This document shows, piece after piece, positions 43,165 to 53,909 of a stretch of DNA of 64,000 nt. Origin of the DNA: Vicinamibacteria bacterium (GTDB taxonomy: Bacteria > Acidobacteriota > Vicinamibacteria > Marinacidobacterales > Marinacidobacteraceae); the NCBI GenBank assembly GCA_963422395.1, contig OY729431.1:2560001-2624000 (forward strand). The letters run 5' to 3'. The position numbers and the translations under genes are program-made. The stretch's first letter is position 1. Each line of letters starts with the position of its first letter. The notes under the pieces were generated by a model that saw nothing but the letters and a program-made list of their open reading frames with translations, searched no databases and was not told the DNA's origin.

Positions 43165-45096
43165 TCAGAGATCCAGGGCGGCGGGGTCGGGGGCGCCCGC
43201 TTCGATGAGGAGGCGGCGCGCTTGGGGGTCCTTCCCCATGAGGGAGACGATGAAGTCGTCCGCGCTGCGCCGGTCGGGGATCTCCACGCGCAGCAGGCTG
43301 CGGGTCTCGGGGTTCAGAGTGGTGTCCCAGAGCACCTGGGGCGGCATTTCGCCGAGACCCTTGAAACGGGTGATGACCGGCGGCTTGCCGGTCCGCGCCC
43401 GGGTCTCGAGGACCGCTTCTTTCGCGGCCTCGTCGGCGGCCCAGTGCGTCTTCCCCCCGAGCTCGAGCCGGTAGAGCGGCGGCTGGGCGACGAAGACCCG
43501 CCGCGCCTCGAGGAGCTTCCAGAGGAACTTCACGAAGTAGGCGAGCAGCAGCGTGGTGATGTGGTGGCCGTCGGCGTCGGCATCGGCGAGCAGCACCACC
43601 CGCCGGTAGCGAAGCCGGTCGGGATCGCAGTCTTCACCCGTCCCACAGCCGAGCGCCAGCGCGATGTTGCGGAGTTCTGCATTCCCTTCGACCTTCTTCG
43701 GGCTCGCCTGGACGGCGTTCAGGATCTTGCCGCGGAGCGGCAGGACCGCCTGCCGCATCCGGTCGCGCCCCTGTTTCGCCGACCCTCCTGCCGAATCCCC
43801 CTCGACGATGAAGATCTCGGTTTCCTCCGGGTTGCGGAGGGCGCAGTCGCTGAGCTTCCCGGGCAGGACGCTTCTCGTCCGCAATTCCGCCTTCCGCGCC
43901 ACCGCCGCCGAGGCCGCCCGCGAAGCCTCCCGCGCGCGGGCGGCGAGCAGCACCCGGCCCGCGATCCGCTCGGCGGCGGTGGGCGACTGGTTGAGCCAAC
44001 GTTCGAGCTCGATCCGCACTGCGCCGAGAACCGGCGCCCGCACTTCGGGATTGTTCAGCCGGTCCTTCGTCTGCCCCTGGAACTGGGGGTTCGGGAGGAA
44101 CACGCTGAGGATCGCCAGGACGCCCTCGCGCACATCCTCGGCCGCCACCGTGAGTCCCCGCGGGGTCAGCGAATGGGTCTCGAGGTAGTTGCGGACCGCT
44201 TTCGCCAGGCCTTCCCGCAGCCCGGCTTCGTGGGAGCCGCCGGCGCCGGTGGGAATCCCGTTCACGAAGCTGCGGAACTCCTCGCGCGGCGCTTCGGTCC
44301 AGCCGAGAACGAGTTCGAGCCGGCCTTCGCCGTCGAGGGGGTCGCGGCGCAGCTCGAAGGGGGCTTCGTGCGCCAGGGTGCGCTTCCGCTCCGTGATCAC
44401 CGCATCGAAGTAGTCGGCGAGGCCGCGCTGCTGCCGCCAGCTCTCGCGGACGCCGGCCGCCTCGTCGCGGAAGGTCAGGGTGAGGCCGCGGTGGAGGTAG
44501 CTGGCCTCCCGAAGCCGGGCGGCGATCCGCCGCGGGTCGGGCTTCGGGTCGGGGAAGATTCGGGGGTCGGGCAGGAAGGTGATCTCGGTACCGGTTCCGC
44601 TTCCCGGCCCGGTATCTTCCAGCCCTCCGAGCGGCTCGCCGCGGCGAAAGCGCATCGCCCACTCCCGCCGGCCGCGGCGCACCCGGGCGGTGAGCGAGGC
44701 GCTCAGCGCGTTCACCACCGACGCCCCCACTCCGTGGAGCCCGCCAGCGGCGTGGTACGCACCGCGGTCGAACTTCCCTCCGGCGTGGAGGGTGGTGAGG
44801 ATCACTTCGATCGCCGGCTTCCGCGAAGGCTGATGGAGGTCCACCGGGATCCCGCGCCCGTTGTCCCGAACCCGCACCGAGCCGTCGCGGTGGAGCGTCA
44901 CCTCGATGCTCGAGGCGTGGCCGTTCATCGCTTCGTCCACGCTGTTGTCGAGGATCTCCCAGACCAGGTGGTGCAAGCCGGCGGCGTCAGTTCCGCCGAT
45001 GTACATGGCGGGCCGCTTGCGCACCGCCGCGAGGCCCTCGAGAACGGTGATGTCGCGGGCGGTATAGGCGCCCTCGCGGGGGCGCTTCCCGCTCAC
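43165..45096 (-). CDS. Type IIA topoisomerase subunit B (ParE/GyrB-like, probably topoisomerase IV)
   Basis: [56 protein letters not shown] 45096 overlaps the subunit A stop. Confidence 0.93.
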   Translation of the reverse strand: MSGKRPREGAYTARDITVLEGLAAVRKRPAMYIGGTDAAGLHHLVWEILDNSVDEAMNGHASSIEVTLHRDGSVRVRDNGRGIPVDLHQPSRKPAIEVILTTLHAGGKFDRGAYHAAGGLHGVGASVVNALSASLTARVRRGRREWAMRFRRGEPLGGLEDTGPGSGTGTEITFLPDPRIFPDPKPDPRRIAARLREASYLHRGLTLTFRDEAAGVRESWRQQRGLADYFDAVITERKRTLAHEAPFELRRDPLDGEGRLELVLGWTEAPREEFRSFVNGIPTGAGGSHEAGLREGLAKAVRNYLETHSLTPRGLTVAAEDVREGVLAILSVFLPNPQFQGQTKDRLNNPEVRAPVLGAVRIELERWLNQSPTAAERIAGRVLLAARAREASRAASAAVARKAELRTRSVLPGKLSDCALRNPEETEIFIVEGDSAGGSAKQGRDRMRQAVLPLRGKILNAVQASPKKVEGNAELRNIALALGCGTGEDCDPDRLRYRRVVLLADADADGHHITTLLLAYFVKFLWKLLEARRVFVAQPPLYRLELGGKTHWAADEAAKEAVLETRARTGKPPVITRFKGLGEMPPQVLWDTTLNPETRSLLRVEIPDRRSADDFIVSLMGKDPQARRLLIEAGAPDPAALDL

Positions 45097-47423
45097 GGAA
45101 GCGGCTCGGGAAGCCGCACTTCCCGCCGCACACTCCCGAAGCCGGATTTGGTCACGAGCTGGCCGCGGCGGCCCCGGGCGCCGACCGGATAGCGGTTCGC
45201 GGCGATGAGCCGCGGCTGCCCGCCCCGGGTCACCGCCACCAGCGGTTCGTTCCGGCGGCGGGCGAGGCGGAAGCCGAGGACCTGGTCTCCTGGCCCGAGC
45301 TGGATCGCCTTCACCCCGAGCCCGGCGCCGGAGAGCAGATTCACCTCCTCCACATCGCAAAGGAGGACCTGGCCGTTGCGGGTCGCCAGGATGAGCGTCT
45401 CCTCGCCGCTGGTGAGCACGGCGCCGAGCACCTCGTCCCCGTCCTTCAGCCGTGCGAAGCGGCGCCCGTTGCGGTTCGAAGGCTCGGCGAATCCGTCGAG
45501 CCGGAAACGCAGCGCGTAGCCATTGCGGGTCAGCGCGATCGCATGGGACATCGCCGGCGAGCCGCTTTCGCCGCCGAGCGCCCGAGGATCGAGGCTTTCC
45601 AGGCTCACGATCCGTTCCCCGTCCCGGAACGCGAACATCTTCTGGACCGGATCTCCGTAGCCGGAGGTGGCCGGTGCCGAGGCGATCCGGGCGGTGAACG
45701 CAGTTCCGAAAGAGGAGAACAGGACGAATGCGGCCCGGGTGTTTCCGGGCGCGAGGGCCAGCACTTCATCTCCCTCGCGGAGCCGGAGCCTTTCGAGTTC
45801 GCGGACTTCGCGCTGCCGGCGGATCCAGCCGTCGCGGGTCAGGATCACCACCGCTTCCTCGGCGAACAGGAAGTCCGCTTCCGAGAAATCGGCCTCGCTG
45901 TCCGCACTGACGAACCCGGTGCGGCGCTCCTGGCCGGGGCGGGGGCGGTCCCGGACCTCCTCGAGTTCCCGGCGGACCAGGCCGGTGATCGCGGTGTCGC
46001 TCGCGAGGAGCCGTTCGACTTCGGCGAGCCGCTTCCGCCGCCGCTCCGTCTCTTCGAGGATCACCCGGATTTCGAGACGCGCGAGGCGGTAGATGCGCAG
46101 CTCGAGGATCGCGTCGGTCTGTTCCGCATCGAGCGGGAGCTCGGCCATGATGCTTCGCGCCGCGTCCCGTTTCCCGTCGGAAGCCCGCACGAGCGCCAGC
46201 ACCCGGTCGAGGACCTCGAAGACCGCAGCGAAACCGGCGAGCAGATGTAGCCGCGCCGACAGCTTGCGTCGCTCGTCCTCGAGCCGCCGGCGCACCACCT
46301 CCCGGCGGAAATCGAGGAAGTCGAGCAACAGCACCCGGAGCCCGACCCGCTCCGGCGCGCCTCCCGGCGAGCGGGCGAAACGCAGGCAGGTCAGGTCCAC
46401 CGGGACCGAGGACAGGAGCGGCGTACGCCGGTAGAGGAACGCGAGAACCTTCTTCGGGTCGACCTCCTTGCGCACCTCCAGCCGGATGCACACATCGTCG
46501 GTGGAGAGATCGCTCACCTCGAGGAGTGCCGGCAGCGAACGGTCGGCGACGATCTCGCCGAGCCGCTGGACCAGCTGCGCCTTGTTCGCCCCGTAGGGGA
46601 TCGAGGTGATGTGGAGGGTTCGCACCTGGCGGCGCACCCCCAGGTCCTCGACCGTCCCCCGCACCCGGAGGGAACCCCGGCCTTCGGCGTAGATCGATTC
46701 GATCCGCTCCGGCGGGTCGAGGATCTCGCCGCCGGTGGGGAAATCCGGACCGCGGACGATCCGGGCCAGCGCCCGGGAATCGAGGCTTTCGTCGTCGAGC
46801 AGCGCGATCAGCGCGCGGACCACCTCGATCAGATTGTGCGGCGGGATGCTCGTCGCCACCCCCACGGCGATCCCGGTGGAGCCGTTGACCAGCAGCAGCG
46901 GCAGCCGGGTCGGGAGCACGACCGGCTCGGTCCGCGAACCATCGTAGGTCGGGCGATGCGGCACGGTCTCGGCGGCGATCTCCCCGAGAACCTCCTCGGC
47001 GGACGCCGCCAGCCGGCACTCGGTGTAACGCATCGCGGCGGGGGGATCCCCGTCGAGCGAGCCGAAGTTGCCGGCGCCCTCGATCAGGGGCAGCCGCGAG
47101 GTGAATGGCTGCGCCATGCGGACGAGCGCCTCGTAGATGGCCGCGTCGCCGTGGGGGTGATACGCACCCATCACATCGCCGACCACCTTGGCGCATTTGC
47201 GGAATCGTCCCGAGACGCCGGGGCCCTGCCGCCACATGGTGGTGAGGATCCGGCGCTGCACCGGCTTGAGACCGTCCCGGACATCGGGCAGCGCCCGGCT
47301 CCCGATCACCGAGAGCGCATAGATCCGGTAGCGGTCGCCGGTCACCTCCCGGAGGTCCACCGGCGCCGCTCCCGCCTCCGGATTCCCGTCCCACGAGAGG
47401 ATCGAGCGATCCTTGCGGCCCAT
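45093..47423 (-). CDS. Type IIA topoisomerase subunit A (ParC/GyrA-like, probably topoisomerase IV)
   Basis: [29 protein letters not shown] catalytic Tyr, GPDFPTG. No QRRGGKG GyrA-box at the start of the CTD. Confidence 0.93.
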   Translation of the reverse strand: MGRKDRSILSWDGNPEAGAAPVDLREVTGDRYRIYALSVIGSRALPDVRDGLKPVQRRILTTMWRQGPGVSGRFRKCAKVVGDVMGAYHPHGDAAIYEALVRMAQPFTSRLPLIEGAGNFGSLDGDPPAAMRYTECRLAASAEEVLGEIAAETVPHRPTYDGSRTEPVVLPTRLPLLLVNGSTGIAVGVATSIPPHNLIEVVRALIALLDDESLDSRALARIVRGPDFPTGGEILDPPERIESIYAEGRGSLRVRGTVEDLGVRRQVRTLHITSIPYGANKAQLVQRLGEIVADRSLPALLEVSDLSTDDVCIRLEVRKEVDPKKVLAFLYRRTPLLSSVPVDLTCLRFARSPGGAPERVGLRVLLLDFLDFRREVVRRRLEDERRKLSARLHLLAGFAAVFEVLDRVLALVRASDGKRDAARSIMAELPLDAEQTDAILELRIYRLARLEIRVILEETERRRKRLAEVERLLASDTAITGLVRRELEEVRDRPRPGQERRTGFVSADSEADFSEADFLFAEEAVVILTRDGWIRRQREVRELERLRLREGDEVLALAPGNTRAAFVLFSSFGTAFTARIASAPATSGYGDPVQKMFAFRDGERIVSLESLDPRALGGESGSPAMSHAIALTRNGYALRFRLDGFAEPSNRNGRRFARLKDGDEVLGAVLTSGEETLILATRNGQVLLCDVEEVNLLSGAGLGVKAIQLGPGDQVLGFRLARRRNEPLVAVTRGGQPRLIAANRYPVGARGRRGQLVTKSGFGSVRREVRLPEPLP

Positions 47424-47565
47424 ACCTTCAGTAGCCGGTCGTGCAGCTCGGCGCGCGAAGATGGATGCCGGGGAAGAGTTGCCCCACCCCCGCGGAGAAG
47501 GGCGGAGAGAACCGCGGCAGCAGTTCGCCCCGAGGAGATCCCGAACGGCGAGAATGGGCGCCGTG

Positions 47566-47943
47566 ATGAACCGGCGGGTCCCGGGGCTCGTCCTCCTCGG
47601 CGTTTCGCTCGGCGCCCTGGCCACATCCGGCCTGTCCGACCGGGCGTTCGCTGCCGCGCCCGGGCTGTCGCTCTGCGGTTTCCAGGCGCTGGTCGGCCTG
47701 CCCTGCCCTCTCTGCGGCGGAGTGCGAGCCAGTGCAGCGCTCGGCGCCGGCGCGTTCGGCGAGGCGCTCTTCTGGAACCCGGCGGTGGCCCTCGGTCATG
47801 GCGCGCTCCTGCTGACCGGTTCTCTGCTCGTGCTCGGCCGAGAGCCGCCCTGGCTCGAATCGGAGCGCCAACCGATGGTGATGCGGTCTGCGGCGCTCGT
47901 CCTGCTGGCCAACTGGATCTACCTGATCATCGTCGGCCGTTAG
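47566..47943 (+). CDS. DUF2752-like membrane protein
   Basis: [19 protein letters not shown]...A..WNP motif with flanking TM helices. Start 47554, 47563 or 47566. Confidence 0.82.
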   Translation: MNRRVPGLVLLGVSLGALATSGLSDRAFAAAPGLSLCGFQALVGLPCPLCGGVRASAALGAGAFGEALFWNPAVALGHGALLLTGSLLVLGREPPWLESERQPMVMRSAALVLLANWIYLIIVGR

Positions 47944-47944
47944 C

Positions 47945-47989
47945 TGTGCAAGCTCACCAGGTTGTTCAGGGGGAAGTCGAGCGCCTGGA
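47945..47989. mobile_element. Solo IS481 terminal remnant
   Basis: 43/45 nt identical to 8687-8731, preceded by TTAGC. Confidence 0.9.
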
Positions 47990-47993
47990 CCCG

Positions 47994-48737
47994 TCACGCG
48001 TCCTCCACGCCGCGGGCCGCGCCCCGCGGGCCGAAGATCGCCGTTCCGACGCGGATGGTGGTCGCTCCCTCGGCGAGGGCCGCTTCGTAGTCGCGGCTCA
48101 TGCCCATCGAGAGTTCCGGTTCCGGCGGCAGGAAGCCGCGCTCGGAAAACCGCTCGCCGAGAGCCCGAAGCCTGGCGAACCAGGGGCGGGCGGCTTCGGG
48201 ATCGGACTCGAAGGGCGGGATCAGCATCAGCCCCGCCAGCCGGATTCCCGAAAGCCCGGCCATCCCGGCGAGCGCCTCTCCGAGCGCAGCTTCGGGAATC
48301 CCGAACTTGGAAGCCTCCCCGGCGAGATCCACCTGCGCGAACACCCGGATCGGCCCCTCCGAGTTCGGGGGGGTTCCCTCGGCGGCCATCCGGCTGAGCC
48401 GGGCGGCGAGTGCCGCGCTGTCCACCGATTGGATCACCGGGAAGAGACGGGCAGCGAGCCGCGCCTTGTTGCTCTGCAGATGACCGATCAGATGGGGAGT
48501 GATCGCGGCCCGCACCGCAGACAGTTTGGCAGCTGCTTCCTGGATCCGGTTCTCGCCGAAGTCGGTGATGCCGAGCTCGGCGGCCGCTTCGATGTCGCGG
48601 ACGGCTCGGGTCTTGGAGACCGCGACCAGCCGCACGCCGGCCGGATCCCTCCCCGCCCGGCGGCAGGCCTCCCCGATCCGGTCCCGCACCGCCGCGATTC
48701 GTTCGGCCAGCGGCGGCTGTTTCTCACCGGCGGTCAT
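47994..48737 (-). CDS. yggS: PLP homeostasis protein YggS
   Basis: LVAVSKT, FGENRIQE, HLIGHLQSNK, GLMLIPP, LSMGMSRDY, IRVGTAIFG. Confidence 0.96.
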   Translation of the reverse strand: MTAGEKQPPLAERIAAVRDRIGEACRRAGRDPAGVRLVAVSKTRAVRDIEAAAELGITDFGENRIQEAAAKLSAVRAAITPHLIGHLQSNKARLAARLFPVIQSVDSAALAARLSRMAAEGTPPNSEGPIRVFAQVDLAGEASKFGIPEAALGEALAGMAGLSGIRLAGLMLIPPFESDPEAARPWFARLRALGERFSERGFLPPEPELSMGMSRDYEAALAEGATTIRVGTAIFGPRGAARGVEDA

Positions 48738-50797
48738 GGAAGCGACCTCAGGAAATCCGTCGCTTCCTCCAAATCGGTGATCGAAGGAAAAGGAGGCAGC
48801 AAAGCGCGGATGCGGCGCCCGTAGCCGGTTCGGTGGAGGCGCGAGTCGAGAACTGCGGCGAGGCCCCGGTCCCGCCGGGAGCGGATGAGCCGACCGAGTC
48901 CCTGTTTCAGCGTGAGCGCCGCCTGCGGTACCGAGTAGTTCGAGAAACCGTCGCCGGTGGCCGCCTCCGCCCGCTCGGCGCGCGCCTGGTGGAGCGGATC
49001 CGAGGGAACCGGAAACGGCAATTTGTCGATCACCAGCAGGGTCAGCGCGTCTCCCAGAACATCCACCCCCTCCCAGAAGGAGCGCACTCCGAGCAGCACC
49101 GCGTTCGGAGTGTTGCGGAAGGTATCGAGCAGCGCCGCGTGCCCGCCGCCGCGCTGCTGCCGCAGCAGCGGGAACGGGCATACCGGCTCGAGCGCCCGGC
49201 CGACCCGGTCGAGGTTCCCCCAGCTGGTGAACAGGATCAGTGCCCGGCCCCGGCTGGCCCGCACCAGCGCGTCCACCTGGGCGGCGACCGCTTCTCCGAA
49301 GCCCGGTCCGCGGGGAGACACCAGATCGCGCGGCACATAGAGCCGGGCCTGTTCCGCGAACCGGAAGGGCGTGGGGAAGATGGCCTCGTCCGTCGTCTCC
49401 ACCCCGAGGGCATCCGCGGCGTAATCGAAACCCCCGTCGAGCGCCAAGGTGGCCGAAGTGAGAACGCAGGCTCTCATCTGCCCGAAGAGATGCGACTGCA
49501 GCTCCTTTCCCGGATGCACGGGTGCGGCATTCGCGAACCAGGTCCGCCGGGCTCCGTCGCTCCGGGCCCGGGGGCCGGAGGTCCGCTCCCCGCTCTCCTG
49601 GCGGAAGGCGCTCCAGTACACGAAGTCGGGGCGCGGCGTGAGCAGGGTGTGGAGTTCCCCGCGCAGCTCGGCGATCCGTTTCAGGAACCGGTCGCAGCCG
49701 GCCTTGCCGTCGTTGCCGTCATCCCCTTCGCTGCCGCCGGCTCCGGCGGGCGGAGAGCTCTTCGGGAGCCCTTCCCGAAGGTCGAAGAGGCCGCTTTCGA
49801 GGGTGTCGAGCGCCTGGGACACCGACTCCCCGGACTCGCGGGCCTCCTGGGGAAACCCCGCCGGATCGAGCAGCCGGGGGCCGTCCTCTCCGTCGGGAGC
49901 GAGGCTGTCGAAGAGTTCCCGCCAGGAGCGCCGTAGCCGCCGCACCGCCGGATGGGGCGGGCGGCCCGGAGCGGCTCGTTTCCAGAACTTGCCGAGGTCG
50001 GTCGCGAGCCGGTCGGCCATCGCCGAAGAAAGGGTGGTGGAGAGGCTGCTGGTGGCGGCGTTTTCGAGGCGGTGCGCTTCGTCGACGATCAGGTGGTCGT
50101 ATTCCGGAAGCACCCCGCCGTAGTCGGTCTGGCGCACGATCAGGTCGGCGACGAGCAGGTGGTGGTTCACGATCAGGATCTGGCTGGCGTGAGCCTGCTT
50201 GCGCAGCGTCGTCAGGTGGCACGAGTCGTAGAGCCCGCAGCGGCGGCCGATGCAGTTCTCGGAGATCGTGGAGACGCCCCTCCAGAAGTCGAGCGGTCCC
50301 GCGAGGCCGCGTATCTCGTCGCGGTCGCCGGTCCTGGTCTTTTCCGCCCAGCGCGCGATCTTTTCCAGATCGCCGCGGTGCGGGCGATGGAAGGGAAGCT
50401 CCGGCTGGTCCCGAAACTTCCCCCACTCCAGGCGGCACAGATAGTTCTCCCGTCCCTTCATCCGCGCCGCCGGAACCCGGCTTCCCAGGATCGCCTGCAG
50501 CTGCGGCAGATCCTTTTCGAAGAGCTGGTCCTGCAGGTTCCGCGTCGCCGTCGAGAGGACCACCCGCTTTCCGGAAAGAAGCGCCGGAAGCAGATACGCG
50601 AAGGACTTCCCGATCCCGGTTCCCGCCTCGACCATGAGCGCCCCTCCTCGGCGCAGCGTCTCCTCGACGCGGACCGCCATCTCCACTTGCCCTTCCCGGT
50701 GCTCGAAACCGGGGATCGCCTCGGCGAGCGCCCCGCCCGGCCGCAGGAAGGCGGCCGCCTGACTCCCTGCCGTCCGGTTCACCGCCGTTCGGTTCAC
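48734..50797 (-). CDS. DinG/YoaA family Fe-S ATP-dependent DNA helicase
   Basis: REGQVEM Q-motif, EAGTGIGKS, KGRENYLC and CIGRRC...C Fe-S ligands, DEAH, SATL, FWEGVD, KLPF, QGLGRLIR. Confidence 0.95.
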   Translation of the reverse strand: MNRTAVNRTAGSQAAAFLRPGGALAEAIPGFEHREGQVEMAVRVEETLRRGGALMVEAGTGIGKSFAYLLPALLSGKRVVLSTATRNLQDQLFEKDLPQLQAILGSRVPAARMKGRENYLCRLEWGKFRDQPELPFHRPHRGDLEKIARWAEKTRTGDRDEIRGLAGPLDFWRGVSTISENCIGRRCGLYDSCHLTTLRKQAHASQILIVNHHLLVADLIVRQTDYGGVLPEYDHLIVDEAHRLENAATSSLSTTLSSAMADRLATDLGKFWKRAAPGRPPHPAVRRLRRSWRELFDSLAPDGEDGPRLLDPAGFPQEARESGESVSQALDTLESGLFDLREGLPKSSPPAGAGGSEGDDGNDGKAGCDRFLKRIAELRGELHTLLTPRPDFVYWSAFRQESGERTSGPRARSDGARRTWFANAAPVHPGKELQSHLFGQMRACVLTSATLALDGGFDYAADALGVETTDEAIFPTPFRFAEQARLYVPRDLVSPRGPGFGEAVAAQVDALVRASRGRALILFTSWGNLDRVGRALEPVCPFPLLRQQRGGGHAALLDTFRNTPNAVLLGVRSFWEGVDVLGDALTLLVIDKLPFPVPSDPLHQARAERAEAATGDGFSNYSVPQAALTLKQGLGRLIRSRRDRGLAAVLDSRLHRTGYGRRIRALLPPFPSITDLEEATDFLRSLP

Positions 50798-50822
50798 CGC
50801 GACCCGCCGGCGCCCCTCCTCC

Positions 50823-52103
50823 TCACGCGGAGGCCGCGAGGTAGAGGGGGAAGCCCGAGGCGAGTTCGGCGGCATCTGCCGCGATCCGGGCGAGCGCCGC
50901 CGGATCGCCGACCGAGCGGAGAGCCCGGTCCAGGAGGCGCGCCACTTCGACCATTTCGGCTTCGCCCATCCCGCGCGTGGTGAGGGCCGCGGTTCCGAGC
51001 CGGATCCCGCTGGCGACCATGGGCTTTTCGGGATCGAAGGGGATCGTGTTCTTGTTCGCGGTGATGCCGGCGCGCTCGAGCACGACCTCGGCATCGCGCC
51101 CGGTGACGCCGCGAACCGAGACATCGAGCAGCACCAGATGGTTGTCGGTGCCGCCCGAAACCAGCCGAAAACCGAGCCCGGCGAGAGCCTCCGCGAGCTG
51201 CTTCGCGTTGGCGATCACCTGCCGGGCGTATGCGGCGAAAGCGGGATCGAGAGCCTCGCGGAAGCAGACCGCCTTGGCGGCGATCGTGTGCATCATCGGC
51301 CCGCCCTGGATTCCGGGAAAGGTGATCCGGTTGATCGCCTTTCCGTAGTCCTTCTCGTTCCAGAGAACGAGCCCGCCGCGCGGCCCGCGGAGCGTCTTGT
51401 GCGTGGTGGTGGTGACGATGTCCGAATACGGCAGCGGATTCGGGACGGCGCCCCCGGCGACCAGCCCCGCGATGTGGGCGATGTCGGTCACGACTTTCGC
51501 TCCGACTTCGTCGGCGATCTCGCGGATCTCCGCGCTCGGGAAGAGCCGCGGATAGGCGCTCGCGCCCACCATGATCATCTTCGGACGGTGTTCCCGGGCC
51601 AGCCGGCGCATGGCGTCCAGGTCGAGCCGTTCGTCCTCCCGGCGCACCCCGTAGGCGATCGGACGGTAGGACTGGCCCGAGAAGTTCAGCGGATGGCCGT
51701 GGGTCAGGTGGCCCCCCTGATCGAGCGCCATGCCCAGGAAACTGTCACCGGGATCGAGCAGCGCGAGGTAGGCGGCCATGTTGGCCTGCGAACCGCTGTG
51801 GGGCTGGACATTGGCGTAGTTCGCCGAGAAGAGCTTCTTGGCGCGGTTTCGAGCCAGCCGCTCCGCCTCGTCCACATGGGCGCAGCCGCCGTAGTACCGC
51901 CGCCCCGGATACCCCTCGGCGTACTTGTTCGTCATCACCGAGCCGGTGGCTTCCATCACCGCTTCGCTCGCGAAGTTCTCGGAGGCGATCAGCTCGAGGC
52001 CGCACGACTGGCGCACCTCCTCTGCCTGGATCGCGGCGGCGATATCGGGATCCCGATCGGCGAGGCGGGGCCCGAAAGGGCGGCGGGAGAAACGGATGGT
52101 CAA
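50823..52103 (-). CDS. glyA: Serine hydroxymethyltransferase
   Basis: [50 protein letters not shown]. Confidence 0.98.
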   Translation of the reverse strand: MTIRFSRRPFGPRLADRDPDIAAAIQAEEVRQSCGLELIASENFASEAVMEATGSVMTNKYAEGYPGRRYYGGCAHVDEAERLARNRAKKLFSANYANVQPHSGSQANMAAYLALLDPGDSFLGMALDQGGHLTHGHPLNFSGQSYRPIAYGVRREDERLDLDAMRRLAREHRPKMIMVGASAYPRLFPSAEIREIADEVGAKVVTDIAHIAGLVAGGAVPNPLPYSDIVTTTTHKTLRGPRGGLVLWNEKDYGKAINRITFPGIQGGPMMHTIAAKAVCFREALDPAFAAYARQVIANAKQLAEALAGLGFRLVSGGTDNHLVLLDVSVRGVTGRDAEVVLERAGITANKNTIPFDPEKPMVASGIRLGTAALTTRGMGEAEMVEVARLLDRALRSVGDPAALARIAADAAELASGFPLYLAASA

Positions 52104-52211
52104 GAGGAGAGAAAGCCCCGGGGCCGGCGCGAGTATAGGACCCGCGGAAGACCGGAAGCGCTCTGCCGCGGATCCCCCCGGACCGCTCTCCCGGAAGCGG
52201 CGGCCCGGAGG

Positions 52212-53153
52212 TCAGAAGAGATAGGCGGCGGCGAAGCCGACCTGCGCCGTCATCATCATCAGATACATGTGGCGCCAGGAAATGTGGTTGCTGTCGGTGG
52301 CGAGTTCCTCGGGGCGGCGCAGCATCAGCCAGGCGGTGAAGACGCCGTAGAGGCAGAGCCCGCCGCCGAGGAGGTCGAGGAGCAGCGGCTGGCCGGTCAG
52401 CACCCCCAGCCGCACCCCTGCGGGAAGGAGCAGGAAGGGCAGAACGAAGAAAGGAGCGATCCGCCAGGCAGCGCCCCGCGGGCCGTGAACCACCGGCAGC
52501 GTCCGGCAGCCTCCGGCACGGTCGCCGGCGATGTCCGAAAAATCCTTGGTGGTGGTGGCGCCGAGCAGGAACAGCCCGAAGATGAGTCCGAGGAACCAGG
52601 GTTCCGGCGCGAGCACGCTCTTCACCGCCGACCAGCCCGCCACCTTGAGCAGCACCCCCCGGGGAATCGCCACCGTCAGGTTGGCGAGCATCCCGAGCCT
52701 TTTGCTGCGCAGCGGTGGCGCCGAATAGATCCAGACGAACACGCTCGCAGCCAGCACGATCAGGAAACACTCCCGCCCGCCGGCGGGGTTCACGAACCAG
52801 GCGGCGGCGAGCGCGGCGAGCCAGCAGACCGCGGTGAACCAGCGGGCTTCGCCGAGCCCCAGCCGACCGGAGGGAAGCGGCCGTCCGGGCTTGACCACCC
52901 GGTCGATGTCGAGATCGCAGATCTGATTCAGCCCGTTGCTCGCGGCGTTCAGCGTCGCCGCCATGACCGCGCCGAGGAGCACGCCCGCCCAGGGAACGGC
53001 TTCGAGGCGGGGCGGAGCCCCGAACGCGGTGATGCTTCCGCTCAGGAAGCCGACCAGCGGAGGCAGCAGGGTGAACGGACGGGAGAACTCCAGGTACCGC
53101 GCCGCTCGCCGGAAGAGCGGCCGGATCACCCGATTCGGGCGGCCGGGAATCAT
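52212..53153 (-). CDS. UbiA-superfamily prenyltransferase (DGGGP-synthase/chlorophyll-synthase-like motifs)
   Basis: NQICDLDIDRVVKPGRPLPSG, YSAPPLRSK, KDFSDIAGDRAGGCRTLP; multiple TM helices. Confidence 0.88.
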   Translation of the reverse strand: MIPGRPNRVIRPLFRRAARYLEFSRPFTLLPPLVGFLSGSITAFGAPPRLEAVPWAGVLLGAVMAATLNAASNGLNQICDLDIDRVVKPGRPLPSGRLGLGEARWFTAVCWLAALAAAWFVNPAGGRECFLIVLAASVFVWIYSAPPLRSKRLGMLANLTVAIPRGVLLKVAGWSAVKSVLAPEPWFLGLIFGLFLLGATTTKDFSDIAGDRAGGCRTLPVVHGPRGAAWRIAPFFVLPFLLLPAGVRLGVLTGQPLLLDLLGGGLCLYGVFTAWLMLRRPEELATDSNHISWRHMYLMMMTAQVGFAAAYLF

Positions 53154-53887
53154 CCGGCGCCGCCGGTGAGGAACCATCCGGCGCCGCTGGCGAGCGAACC
53201 GCCGGTGAGCACCGAGACCGCGTTCACCCCGTCGTTCTTCAGGAAGCCGCGCGCCTCGAGCGGTTGCAGCAGGCCCTCGAAGAAGGCGGCCGCGAACCCC
53301 GCCGCAGCCACCGGAAGGAGGAGGCGCGGCGGGAGGAACAGCGCGGCGGCGGCGGAAGCAACCGCGAACGAAGCGGCGAGGCCGGCGAGCGAGCCGAGGA
53401 CGGTCACGGCGCCCGAGGTTCCGGGCGGCACGCGGGCGAAGTCGGTGAGACGCATTGTCCGTCCCCGCGAGCATTGGCCGATCTCGGACGCCACCGTGTC
53501 CGCGGCCAGGGTGGCGAGCGCGCCGGCGAACCCGGCCGCGGCGATGCCCCCCCAGAGCTCTTCCCCGAGTCCCGAAGACAGCCCGCCGGCGGCGAGGGCG
53601 AAGAGCGCCGGCGGGCCGGCGTTCGCGAAGACTTGCCGGGCGCCGCGGGCCCCGCCCGAGGCTTCGGCGACGCCGCGGGCCGCTTTCCGCTCCCAGCCCA
53701 CCCGGGTCGAGGCCGCGCCGAGCACGAAGCCGAGGCACAGCAGCAGATACCCCGGCCAGCCGAGGCCGACCGCGACGGCGGCGCCCACCACCAACCCAGC
53801 CGCGGCGCCCGACCGGGAAACGGCGCCGAGACGCCGCCCGGCGAAAGCGAGGACCGCATTCAGGGCCAACAGCGCCGGGAGGGGCAC
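53150..53887 (-). CDS. DUF92 (TMEM19/VTE6-like) membrane protein
   Basis: GARGARQVFAN, ADTVASEIG, VPPGTSGAVTVLG, NDGVN. Start GTG 53887 tentative. Confidence 0.88.
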   Translation of the reverse strand: MPLPALLALNAVLAFAGRRLGAVSRSGAAAGLVVGAAVAVGLGWPGYLLLCLGFVLGAASTRVGWERKAARGVAEASGGARGARQVFANAGPPALFALAAGGLSSGLGEELWGGIAAAGFAGALATLAADTVASEIGQCSRGRTMRLTDFARVPPGTSGAVTVLGSLAGLAASFAVASAAAALFLPPRLLLPVAAAGFAAAFFEGLLQPLEARGFLKNDGVNAVSVLTGGSLASGAGWFLTGGAG

Positions 53888-53909
53888 GAAGCGGAGGAAA
53901 GCGGGAGCG

